DNA of 64,000 bases from Felis catus (lineage: Eukaryota): NCBI RefSeq assembly GCF_018350175.1, contig NC_058368.1, positions 59,026,001 through 59,090,000 of the forward strand. Reading direction: 5' to 3'. Of this stretch, positions 27,650 to 39,688 are shown piece after piece. The stretch's first letter is position 1. Each line of letters starts with the position of its first letter. The notes beneath the pieces were generated by a model, which saw only the letters and a program-made list of their open reading frames with translations, was not told the origin of the DNA and did no database searches. The translations under genes were made by a program, and so were the position numbers.

Positions 27650-27913
27650 TTTTTAATTTAATTTTTTATTTTTTAAAATTTACATCCAAATTAGTTATCA
27701 TATAGTGCAACAATGATTTCAGGAGTAGATTCCTTAGTGCCCCTTACCCATTTAGCCCATCCTCCCTCCTGCAACCCCTCCAGCAACCTGCAGTTTGTTC
27801 TCCATATTTATGAGTGTCTTCTGTTTTGTCCCTCTCCCTGTTTTTATATTATTTTTGTTTCCCTTTCCTTATGTTCATCTGTTTTGTCTCTTAAAGTCCT
27901 CATATGAGTGAAG

Positions 27914-29580
27914 TCATAAGATTTTTGTCTTTCTCTGACTAATATCACTTAGCATAATACCCTCCAGTTCAATCCACGTAGTTGCAAATGGCAAGATTTC
28001 ATTCTTTTTGATTGCTGAGTCATACTCCATTGTATATATATACCACATCTTCTTTACCAATTCATCCATCAATGGACTTTTGGGCTCTTTCCATACGTTG
28101 GCTATTGCAGATACTGGTGCTATAAACATGGGTGTGCATGTGTCCCTTTGAAACAACACACCTGTATCCCGTGGATAAATGTCTAGTAGTGCAATTGCTG
28201 GGTGGTAGGAGAGTTCTATTTTTAGTTTTTTGAGGAACCTCCACACTGTCTTCCAGAGTGGCTGCACCAGCTTGCGTTGCCACCAACAATGCAAAAGAGA
28301 TCCTCTTTCTCCACATCCTTGCCAACATCTGTTGTTGCTTGAGTTGTTAATGTTAGCCATTCTGACAGGTGTAAGGTGATATTTCATTGTGGTTCTGATT
28401 CGTATTTCCCTGATGATGAGTGATGTTGAGCATTTTTTCATGTGTCGGTTGGCCATCTGGAAGTCTTCTTTGGAGAAGTGTCTATTCATGTCTTTTGCCC
28501 ATTTCTTCACTGGATTATTTGTTTTTTGGGTGTTGAGGTTGACAAGTTCTTTATAGATTTTGGATACTAACCCTTTATCTGGTATGCCCTTTGCAAATAT
28601 CTTCTCCCATTCTGTTGGTTGCCTTTTAGTTTTGCTGATTGTTTCCTTGGCTGTGCAGAAGCTTTTTATTTTGATGAGGTCCCATTAGTTCATTTTTGCT
28701 TTTGTTTCCCTTGCTTCTGGAGACGTGTTGAGTAAGAAGTTGCTGCAGCCAAGATCAAAGAGGTTTTTTCTTGCTTTCTCCTTGAGGATTTTGATGGCTC
28801 CCTGTCTTACATTTAGGTCTTTCATCCATTTTGAGCTTATTTGCTCAAAAAACATATTGCTTTGACTATTAGCGGTATTTTCTGGTTCTGTAAAAATTTT
28901 GGGACTATTCATTCTAGCTCTGTGAAGAATGTGGTGTTATTTTGATAGGGATTGCATTGAATAGGTAGATTGCTTTGGGTAGTATCGACATTTTAACAAT
29001 ATTTGCTTTTCCTATCCAGGAGCATGGAATCTTTTTCCATTTTTTGGTGTCTTCTTCAATTTCTTTCATAAGCTTTCTATAGTTTTCAGTGTATAGATTT
29101 TTCACCTCTTTGGTTTATTTATTTCTAGGTATTTTATGGGTTTTGGTGCAATTGTAAATGGGATTGATTCCTTGATTTCTCTTTCTGTGGCTTCATTATT
29201 GGTATATAGGAATGCAACTGATTTCTTTGCATTGATTTTATATCCTGCAACTTTGCTGAATTCATGAATCAGTTCTAGCAGTTTTTTGGTGGAATCTTTA
29301 GGGTTTTCCATATAGAGTATCATGTCATCTGTGAAGAGTGAGAGTTTGACCTCCTCTGGCCGATTTGGAAACCTTTTATTTCTTTGTGTTGTCTGATTAC
29401 AGAGGTTAAGACTTCCAATATTATGTTGAATAACAGCGGAGAGAGCAGACATCCCTGTCTTGTTCCTGACCTTAAGGGGAATGCTCTCAGTTTCTCCCAT
29501 TAAGGATGATATTAGCGTTGGGTTGTTCATATATGGCTTTTATGATCTCGAGTTATGCTCCTTCTATCCCTACTTTCTCC
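27914..29580 (-). pseudogene. L1 ORF2, 3' half only (RT C-terminal part and C-terminal domain), frameshifted
   Basis: [48 protein letters not shown]...HCWW...LVQPLWK. Confidence 0.93.
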
Positions 29581-29581
29581 C

Positions 29582-29584
<3 letters not shown>

Positions 29585-29622
<38 letters not shown>
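29585..29622. repeat. (TG)n microsatellite at the L1 ORF1/ORF2 deletion junction
   Basis: About 19 TG units. Confidence 0.97.
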
Positions 29623-29625
<3 letters not shown>

Positions 29626-29640
29626 TCATCTTTTCTCCCC

Positions 29641-30505
29641 TCAGAGAGTCCCCATTATAATTTCTTGCAGGGCTGGTTTAGTGGTCACAAACACCTTTAA
29701 TTTTTGTTTGTTTTGGAAACTTTTTATCTTTTCTTCTATTTTGAATGACAGCCTTGCTGGATAAATAATTCTTGGCTGCATATTTTTCTGATGCAGTACA
29801 CTGAATATATCCTGCCACTCCTTTCTGGCCTGCCAAGTTTCTGTGGATAGGTCTGCTGCAAACCTGATCTGTCTTCCCTTGTAGGTTAGGGACTTTTTTT
29901 CCCTTGCTGCTTTCATGATTCTTTCCTTGCCTGAGTATTGTGTGAAATTGACTCTGATATGCCTTGTTGATGGTAGGTTTTTGTTGAATCTAATGGGGGT
30001 CCTCTGTGCTTCCTGGATTTTGTGTGTCTTTCTCCAGGTTAGGAAAGCTTTCCACTATGATTTGCTTACATAACCCTTCTACCCCTATTTCTCTCTCTTC
30101 CTCTTCTGGGACCCCTATGATTCTGATGTTCCTTTTTAATGAGTCACTGGTTTCTCTAATTCTTAAATCGTACTCTTTTGCCTTAATCTTCCTCTTCTGC
30201 TTCATTATTCTAAGTTTTTCCTCTATATTACTGATTCTCTCTTCTTCCTCATCCATCCTTGCCGCAGCGACATCCATTCGAGATTGCAGCTCAGTTATAG
30301 CATTTTTTATTTCATTCTGACTAGCTTTTACTTCTTTTATCTCCACAGAAAAGGATTCTAATCTATTTTTGACTCCAGCTAGTATTCTTATTACCGTGAT
30401 TCTAAATTCTGGTTCAGACATCTTGCTTGTATCTGTGTTGGTTAAGTCCCTGGCTGTCCTTTCTTTCTGCTCTTTCTTTTGGGGTGAATTCCTTTGTTTC
30501 ATCAT
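29641..30505 (-). pseudogene. L1 ORF1, frameshifted
   Basis: ORFs 29990-30505 (MMKQRNSPQKKEQ...IIGVPEEEE) and 29641-29916 (KAAREKKSLTYKGRQIRFAADLSTETWQARKEW...PALQEI). Confidence 0.95.
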
Positions 30506-30519
30506 TTTGAAGGGAGAAA

Positions 30520-31500
30520 AGAAATTAATGTGGTAGAAAAAATTAAAATTAAAAAAATTAAAATTAAAATATTAAAAACAAACATACACACAAAAAATCA
30601 AATGATGATAAAGGAATTAATGAGGTAGAAAATTAAAATTAAAAAAATTAAAATTAAAAAATATTAAAATTAAAAAATTAGACACACACACACACAAATA
30701 GAATAAATGATGCTAGATCCTAGGTGTGTTTTGGTCTGTGTGTTGAAAGTTGTTTGACAGATTAGAGAAAAAAGGGGGGAGATAAAAAAAAAGGAAATCG
30801 TTTTTGAAAAATTGAATTTTTTCAGCAATTGAAAAAATGAATACACTGAAGTAGACTAAAATGAGATGTGGAGGTAAAATAGAATTTGAAACAATATACA
30901 CAAAGCAAAGAATATAGTAGAAAAGAACTAAAGAAAAATATTTTTATTAAAAATTAAAAATAAAAATGAAATTTTTCTTTTTATATATTCAAGAAAAAGA
31001 AAAGTAACAAAAAAGAGAAAAAAGAAAAAAGAAAGGGAAAAAAGGAAATCGTTTGAAAATTTGAAAAAATACTGTAGTAGACTACTGTCTACACTAGTAG
31101 TCTACTGTAGTAGACTAAAATAAAATGGTGGAAGTAAAACAGAATTTGAAAAAATTACATAAAACAAAAAATATAGTAAAAAATTAAATGAAAATATTTT
31201 TAATATAAATTAAGGTAAAAATGAAGTTTTTCTCTTTCTGCATTCAAGGGAAAGAAAAGAAAGAAAAAAAGAGAAAAAAGAAAAAGAAACAAAAAAGGAG
31301 ATCCTTTGAAAATTTGAAAAGGTGAATACACTGAAGTAGACTACAATAAAATGATAGAAGTAAAATAGAATTTGAAAAAATATAGTAATAAAAACTAAAG
31401 AAAAATATTTTTAATAAAAATGGAAAATAATGAATTTTTTCTTTTTCTGTATTCAAGAAAAAGAAATGTAAAAGAGAAAAAAAAAAGAAAGAAAATTGAA
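30520..31500. repeat. A-rich tandem repeats inside the L1 5' UTR (three units of ~250 bp plus a shorter duplication)
   Basis: Unit gaaaaa.tgaatacactgaagtagacta.aat...gtaaaatagaatttgaaa...atatagta...aaaatattttta...ttcaag recurs near 30830, 31060 and 31315; aattaatg.ggtagaaaa duplicated near 30523 and 30615. Confidence 0.88.
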
Positions 31501-31671
31501 TAGATGGACCTGGTAACAGATTGAAGTAGGACTGAAATTTCATTTTCCCTTAGAAGTTAGTCTATGTAGTGCTTTATAGACAGACCATAAGCTAAGCTGG
31601 TGGTGAGACTTGTGTTTTTGAAGAGCAAAGTTGGCCCAGTTGGGCGGGGCTCGGTGTAACAGCTCTGCTCT

Positions 31672-31687
31672 CCACTAGATGGCGCTG
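31672..31687 (+). promoter_or_regulatory. CTCF-consensus motif in the L1 5' UTR
   Basis: CCACTAGATGGCGCTG matches the CTCF core CCACYAGRKGGCRSY; binding not demonstrated. Confidence 0.6.
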
Positions 31688-32750
31688 CTAGCCTACTGGG
31701 GTGGATTGTTGTGTTGCTCTTGTTGTGCATGCACATGCGCGGGAGCAGTGAAAAATGGCGCCACCCACCCACCCAGTTTGTTCTCCCGGATCAGCAGTCA
31801 CGCACTGGTCCTCTATCTTCAGCTTTCGTCCACTCCCTGCTTTTTCACTCTCTGACCAGGCCCCAGACAGTACCTCTCTCCCAAGTTTTGCCCCTGATGC
31901 AGCTGTTTTCCCCAGCCACTTACTTCTGAAGGACTGTGGGTTTGACCCATTCCACCCCTCTGTGGGAGGGTCTCACCGAGCCATGGCTGAATGAGCAAAG
32001 GCCGAAAGTCAGCTGTACCCAGGAACGCTTGCTGGACCCTGCTGCTGCCGGTGCCCCGATACTACAACCAGGTGCCAGCCCGCCCCAGATATAGTGCACC
32101 AGAGAGTGTAGCAGCAGTGTTTCAGGGATTATGGAAAATCACAACACACATCTGGCACCAGGCTTCACCCTTAACGACCTTGTTCCAGCACTAGCAAATG
32201 TGGCCGTTCTTGGGGTCCGCTGGGACCAGGTGGCTTCAACAGTCTCTACCAAATGTCCTTCTGGCAGTGGAACCACTTTTCCCCATGTGGCCTGAGAACC
32301 TCCTGGACCCTACTCTGTTTCTTGGGATTCGCCCTTCCCAGCAGAGCACCACCAGGTATCGAGTTGTAGAGTTGCAGGCTGCGCTCCCCTTGTTTACAGC
32401 CTTAAGGAATTTAAACCCTCTCCTTTCTCACTTTTTAGCTTAGTCCCTGCAGATGTTTCCAATTTTCCACTTTCTCTCCAGCTGCTTTTGGGGAGTGGTG
32501 CTTTTCCCGTATTGTCCCCCACCCCCCCCAGTCTCTGTCCTCTCTCTGTTCACAAAAGTACCTCCCTTCCTGTGCCTTCTAGCTCTCCAAGTTCAGTTCT
32601 CCATGCCGCATACCTGCTGAATTCTGTGGTTCAGGTTGTGCAGATTGTTGTGTTATTCCTCCAGTCAGTTTTCTAGGTGTGTAGGATGGTTTTGTGTTGG
32701 TCTGGCTGTATTTCATGAACGCAAGACACACATAAAGCTTCCATGCTGTT

Positions 32751-32762
32751 CCGCCATCTTGG
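32751..32762 (-). promoter_or_regulatory. YY1 site at the L1 5' terminus
   Basis: ccgccatcttgg (CCAAGATGGCGG on the L1 sense strand), the position conserved in mammalian L1 promoters. Confidence 0.75.
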
Positions 32763-32775
32763 CTCCTCCCAGATC

Positions 32776-32880
32776 TAAGCTAAATACATTCTAAGGAACT
32801 AATGTACAGCATGGTGACAATAATTTGTAACAGTTTATTGTACACTTGAAATTTGCTAAGAGAGTAGAAATTAAGCATCA
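32776..32880 (+). mobile_element. Old L1MA/MB 3' UTR, right part
   Basis: ctaatgtacagcatggtgacaata...tgtacacttgaaatttgctaagagagtaga. Confidence 0.8.
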
Positions 32881-32989
32881 TAAATGGTATTAACTTGCAT
32901 TGTTTACCTGAAACATGCTTAATAAATTAAACAACAAACTATACATATATTCATTCTTTAAAGCACCTCTGTTGGTTTCAAATGTCCTA

Positions 32990-33368
32990 GAATATGGGCT
33001 AAATTCTTGTGCCCTTCCCCCCAATTTTTATATTTAAGTCCTAATCCCTAATGTGATGGTATTTGGAAATAAGGCTTTGGGGAAGTAATTAAGGCAAAAT
33101 GAGGTCAAGAAGGTAGGGCTGTCTTAATGGGATTAGGACCTTATAAAAAGATCCAAACATCTTTCTTCCTCCTTCTTTCTCTGCCATGTTAGGACACAGC
33201 CAGATGGAAACATTTATAAACCAGGAAGCGGGTTCTTACCAGGCACTGACCATGCTGGTCCCCTTATCTCACACTTTCAGCTTTCAGAATTGTGAGGAAA
33301 TAAATTTCTGTTGTTTAAACTATGCAGTCTGTGGTATTTTATTTTGGAAGCCAGGGAAGAATGATGCA
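32990..33368 (+). mobile_element. MaLR solo LTR, MLT1A/B-like
   Basis: aagtcctaatccctaatgtgatggtatttgga...cagaattgtgaggaaataaatttctgttgtttaa...gtctgtggtatttt. Confidence 0.87.
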
Positions 33369-36300
33369 TCCTGTATGGTCAGGAGTAGAGTAGTCATGGT
33401 TACCTTGGAAAGAGTTGTGTAGCCTTTGTATTCATACAATTACATGTATATGTATGGAAAAATTTATTCCAAGATTACTTTGTAAAATCTGCTTCTAAAA
33501 CAATCTAAACCTTGTCCTTTTTGGAAGAGAAGATATTTTGATACATTTTCAATTTTCTTCCTGTTTCTTGGTTTTTGTCATCTATCACTTACGGAATGTA
33601 AATTGAATATTTACTTTTCCTTGAGAACTATTAACTTAAAGTTATTAAATAATTTATATAAAACTATTTTTCAATTCTATCATGTATTTTTTCTAATTTG
33701 TTTAAATTGTTTTAATTTCAGTAACCATGTTTTTAATTGCCAAGAAATTTTTTGATGCCTTTTTAATAGATATACTATTTGCTTGAAATTCTGATGATTA
33801 GGTAATGCTTATTTGAAAGATTTCCTTTTTCTTCTACTTGTTCTGATAAATTTCCTTGTGTATGCTTTCCTTAAATATATAATAATGTTTGATTCTATGT
33901 GGTAAACTTTCTGATCAACTTTGGTGGTCATGATTAGGCAGCACGCTCTTTATTTCAGGACCTTTTTTTGCCGGAGATGTGTAAGATTCTTCCACATTGG
34001 TAGATGCAAGCTGGCTATGGAGGGAATTCTTGCTTCTTCAGGTCTCTTCTGCAAGGTTATTCTAAGTTCTCTCTGGTGTTTTACCTTGCTTGGGAACAGC
34101 CACCCACAGCTTTTTGACACAGGATCATAGCTATTGTCAGAGGAAGACAGCACAGCCTGGTGCTGTCATCACTTTCTCTCTAGTCTCAGATCCCCCTCAA
34201 CTTAATGTACCCCTGCCTCCAAGCACAGAGTATCTCAGTGAGGTTCCGTCTATACCACGGCTTCCTTCTTCAATATGGCCTCATTTGTTTTTCATTTATT
34301 TATTTATTTATTTATTGTTTTAAATTCCTGTCCAACCTGCAAAACTAATTTAAACATCACTTCTTTTGTATGAATTTGTTATTGATAAATTTAGCTAGTA
34401 CTATTCATTTTTTGTCCTCTTTTGCTCTCTCATAAAAAATGTGTGGCCTCTACAAAACCCTTTTTAAAGACACTTGATTAAATCTTGCAAGAATACCATG
34501 TGATCTAATTGTGTATAACGTAAGGCATACTGAGTGGATTAGTCTGTGGTATTATTTCCAGAACACTGAAACAAATAATTTCATTGTACTGATGAAGGAA
34601 TTAAGCTCAGAGAATTTAAGTGATTCATCCATTTTACATATTCTATCAATGATTGGACTACAACCTTACTCAGTAGTTTCATAATTGCATATGCTATACT
34701 TTTTATTCTTGAAGAATAAAGCGACCTATTTCTATATCTGTCACTAGGAAAGACATCCAAATACAGCTCAATTCTTTAAGTGGATAATGGATCATTGATC
34801 TTTTTATATCTCTTCTAGTCCCTGTAGTCTGTCCCATTAGCCAAACCACCTCCTTCTACTTATCTGTTCATATCAAATCACATACACACACACATTTTGT
34901 TGTTCTTTCAATTACCAAATAAAATAACATTGAGTAACATAAAAATAAATTCTAATTTTAGAAACAAAAAAATACTTCACTTTAGGTACAAGCCAGGCAT
35001 TTTTTGCTACCATTTGCATCAAGTTCTGGTTATTCTGCACAGAGTATATTAAATGAACAGCAAATCTCTGTTGACAATAACCCACAAAGAGCTAACATTA
35101 TTCATGAATCCTCAAACATGGATGGGGTAACTACAATTAATGGGATCAATTCTATGGGACTTCTATAAAAATAATATTTTACATGAGATTAGTACAGTGT
35201 ATTGTATATATTAGGTCAACAAAATAGTAATAGTGCTGACTTTATGGTTATTTCAATGTCTGCATATATTCACATGCATGTTAGATACAGAATATGTTTT
35301 ATCTGTTAACAGATATTAACAGATTATGTCATAACTATTTATTCCCTAAGAATTTGCTCTTGTTAAAACTGATTAATTTTATTAAATATATGGAACATTA
35401 AATGTTTAGTTATAAAAACATAAAGTTATTAACATAATATAATTTGGTACATTCAAATGGCCTATATGGGGGATAGAACTTAAATGTAAAACAGTACAGT
35501 TTAATCTACAACAAATTTTACACCATGATCTTCTTTGTGCATTCTTGGTTCTTTCTTGCTACTGGTCAAAAATTAAAATGGGCCAATTATGGAACCTGCT
35601 GCTACTCATAGGACTGTGATTTTTCATATATAATAAAAGAAAGCTAAAAAAGAAAGTGTCTTAAGACTCCACCTCCTCTCTTCTTGACACTGAGAATTAC
35701 AAGAGACAAATGGCAATGAAAGTTCATGTCTCTATGCAGTGTCACTAACTGATAATTTTTTAATGTACTGCTGAGCTATCTTCTTTATCCATCCTGACAT
35801 TTGCCATGTTGTAATTAATTTGAAATAGGTTGTCATCAAAATCTATAAGTGATTGGTCAGGTCTACCCATGAAGTTCAAGATATTGTTTCAAACTCTGGT
35901 AAAGAGTTTCTGAAAAGTGCCTTTGCTTATATGCCAGTTTTAAATATTACCCCATCATATAGCAAAATTCTTTGTATTTAATACTTTAGATTTCACTTAT
36001 TTTATACATAAACATTTGCTTAAAAGACCAGACTCATTGTACAATAAGTATAGAAAATAGCTACTGCCGCAGGATGTAGACAGGTCCTTTTCATGGGAAT
36101 GAATTTTAAGATAGTGGAAAGAAACATTTTCTAATTTATTTTTAAACTCTTCAGTAGCATTGCCTCTCAATATAATGTATGCATTTTGCTTTATGGTGAA
36201 TATAGAAATGTTTTAGGAAATTATCAATACTCTGGATCAATCTATTTATCAAAATCATAATCATGATGTAACATTAATCTTCCTTATTTAAAAGAGCACA

Positions 36301-36813
36301 CTCATGTTTCTGTAGCTTTTCATTCTCATTGCCAAAATAAGCAATCTTAATTGCAATATCTTAAAAACTATATTTACAAAATCCCCATATTCTTTGATAC
36401 TTTTTTCTAATTATTGTAATTTTTTAAAAATGTGAATTAGTCTATCAAAACTTTTTCTCCTAATGAATTATAATTCCTGAAATAGAGTGGAGCTGTTAGA
36501 AATGAATATTAAATGAATAAAACTTTAAATGTTGGATCTGTAAATATTAGACATGTATTTGACTTTAGAAATATTGTATTACCTCCTTTATTTACTTATT
36601 TTTTACTTCTTTTATTTTTAGAAGGGAGGTATCTGAGATTCAGAAAGTTCATAGAAGCTAAAACTGAGAGGCAAATTTTGTATAATGCATTATTTTTACT
36701 ATATTTGCTTTTATTTTGCCTGATAACATCATTTTAAAGCATTATTGAAAAATTCCTATCTGCCTTGTCTTTTAGTTCAAATCATTAAAATCTAAATCAA
36801 AAGAAACTGAATT

Positions 36814-37044
36814 GGGGCACCTGGGTGGCACAGTCATTGAGCATCCATCTTCAGCTCAGGTCGTGATCTCACAGTTCGTGGGTTCGAGCCCCACGTCGAG
36901 CTCTGTGCTGACGGGTTGCTCAGAGCCTGGAGCCTGCTTTGGATTCTGTGTCTCCTTCTCTCTCTGTCCCTCCCCCACTGTGCTCTGTCTCACTCTGTCT
37001 CTGAAAAATAAATAAATGCAAAAAAAAAAAAAAAAAAAACAAAA
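36814..37044 (+). mobile_element. CAN-SINE with long poly(A)
   Basis: TSD caaaagaaactgaa at 36798-36811 and 37045-37058. Confidence 0.97.
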
Positions 37045-38835
37045 CAAAAGAAACTGAAATTAAAAAAAAGAATAATTTATACAGAAATATAATCTTTCCC
37101 TAAAAACATATATTTCAATTATAAGTTAATGACTCAATAAATCATATTTTCTTTCTCTCAGTATTTGTGTAATAGTTTGTCCCTAATTAAAACAATTTCT
37201 GTTAAGTTAACAAAAATTATGGCCTGCCTAGCTAGCTCAGTGAATATAAATGGCAAATTCTATGATGTGATTCTCAACTGAGGGACACAAAACAATTTAG
37301 ATAATTGCCTCTTTTTCATGGGAAACATTGTGGAGAGTGGAAAATTATATAAAAATATAATAAGATAAGTAGCATTTGCTAGTATCAAATATAGGCAAAA
37401 CTTGGAAATAATTTGAGAAATTGCTGAAGATTAGATGATATATATAGTCTAGATTCTCTGCAAAACTGAATTATAACACACTCAAACCGTGACTATGTCT
37501 GTCTTAAAATTTTATTTTTGATGTCATGTCAGATTTGATTTAATTATTATATGTAGGATACGTCAAAAAGTACTTTTCAAGGTATTCTGGAAAAGTAGGA
37601 TAACTTGGATGAGTGAAGTGACAGCAAAAATTTACTTCATGATGGAATAGACAAGTGAGTAAAACTACAGAGAGTGTAAGATTCGTGATGTTCCCAAAAA
37701 GGCACACACAATGGAATTGGATTTATAAAAGAAGCAAAATGATGAGGCCAATTGATTAGAATTTGTAGAAAATTCTTGTCTATTTCATGTCTACATTCCA
37801 CATCAGGTACTTCTTTATAATTTTATGAGAATAATGGTTTCTTACATGAAGCATAACACTATTGTAATATGTGATATGTACTTATTAAAATAAACGTATT
37901 TTTGAATATATAGGACATAATTAGCTTATACTGTATTCTGCATTTATTTATATGTTTACATATATATTTAAATCAAAAATATCTGTTTTATTATATGAGC
38001 ATCCTATGTCCAGGAGCAATTAGATGCGTTCTCAGAGTGTAGAAAGTAAGACAGTATTTATATGGTGGTTAGAAGGGTGAGGCTAGAGTGGTTCCAGGTT
38101 CAGTGGGCCCCCCACTGTGGAAAAGAGAACGTTGGCAGGAGGACATCTTTGGGATTGTGTATTGGTTTCAAAATGGAAAAAAATTTAGTTTTGGGTCAAG
38201 ATGGAACCTACCTTATGGAGCTGTAGCCACCAAGATGAACATGCATCCTAGAGAATCTGCTGGTCAAAGCTGAATCACCATAACACTGAATTTGGAATGT
38301 TTTTATGGTCTGGAAAATCCACTCCCAAATCACTGACCTTAACATTATTGTGTCATTTAGATTATGGACTTAATTTGGGGGGTTCATCTTTTAAGGTATT
38401 ACAGCAATCTTTCCTGGAGGAAATTCCCTCAAGAATATTAACAGTGCAAATTAGACAGGATGTGTCATTTGACTTCTATTTACTTGTGTATGGACTAATA
38501 TTATCTTAATAATTGTACTTTGCTTATGGATAACTTTTAATAAGAGTAAGATACAGAGGAGGTGAATTAATTTAATTTTTTGATGTGCAAAAATCTGGTA
38601 TATGTTGTTAAGTGATAAAGACGTAAAGATGGATAAAGTCTCTGACCTTAAAGAAATCATGTTCCAACATGAGATACAGACATCTCCTAAATAATCACAA
38701 TCTGAAAGATCAATTGTGCCCAATGGTGACAATATCTATGAAAGAATCAAACAAAACGATCTTACCTAGACAAAGGGCGTTGCCATTTATTGTAACAGCG
38801 AATACCCTCTTCATTCAAAATTCTTCAGTCACCCA

Positions 38836-39048
38836 GAGGCACCTGGGTGGCTCAGTCAGTTCAGCATCTGACTTCACCTCAGGTCATAGTCTAGTGGTTT
38901 GTGGGTTCGAGCCTCAAGTCAGGCCCTGTGCTGACAACTCAGAGCCTGGAGCCTGCTTCAGATTCTGTGTCTCTCTCTCTCTCTTCCCCTCCCCTGCTCA
39001 AACTCTCTCTGTCTCTCTCTCTCAAAAATGAATAAACACTAAAAAAAA
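38836..39048 (+). mobile_element. CAN-SINE
   Basis: gaggcacctgggtggctcagtcag...agagcctggagcctgcttcagattctgtgtctc...aataaac. Confidence 0.95.
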
Positions 39049-39316
39049 TCCTTTGCCAATAAGTGTACACATATCTACCATGATTTTCAAAAATAAAAAC
39101 TACAAAATCTGAAAAAAAACCTTATTTGGAGACAATACTATTTTGATCAGGCTCTTCAGTTCCAAGAAAGCACATCTACATCACATTTGTGTTATATATC
39201 TGTAAATAAGGTGTTTCTTCACATCATTAAATTGCTCTAATTAAAATCAATTTCTGGACATCGATAGCAAGAGAATTCATCACTATATTGCAAGAAGACT
39301 AAGAACAAAGCAAGTG

Positions 39317-39349
39317 TGTGTTTATTTATTTATTGTGTGTGTATGTGTA

Positions 39350-39410
<61 letters not shown>

Positions 39411-39584
39411 CAGTGCCAGCATGAGCTGTGGAAGAGCAGAGACAGAGGGAGTGAGAAAATCCCAAGCAGGATCTGTGCTATCAGCACAGACCCCGACATG
39501 GGGCTTGATCTCAACCCATGAGATCATGCCCTGGGGCAAAATGAGGAGTCAGATGCTTACTGACTGAGCCATCCAGGTGCCCCC
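39317..39584 (-). mobile_element. CAN-SINE with (TG)n/(GA)n expansion
   Basis: Head ends ctgagccatccaggtgcccc; short flanking repeat agaacaaa. Confidence 0.94.
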
Positions 39585-39688
39585 AGAACAAAAATCTATC
39601 TAGTGTTTTCCCTGAAAGCATGTTTCAGTTTGCCTCAAATATTTCTTGGGAACTGGTATAAAAAGTTAGTTAGAAATATTGCAGAATA

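Larger units (their letters stand above)
27650..32770 (-). mobile_element. Felid L1 with intact 5' terminus and long tandem-repeat 5' UTR, internally deleted
   Basis: 5' end reads GGGAGGAGCCAAGATGGCGGAACAGC; ORF1 and the 3' half of ORF2 are present; poly(T) at ~27650-27674; degenerate TSD taagc(a/t)aaata..tt at 27635-27649 and 32776-32790. Confidence 0.96.

Noticed and set aside
30785..31470. Regularly spaced repeats that could suggest a CRISPR-like array
   Set aside because: Whole units are homologous, with no unique spacers and no cas genes; the context is a mammalian L1 5' UTR
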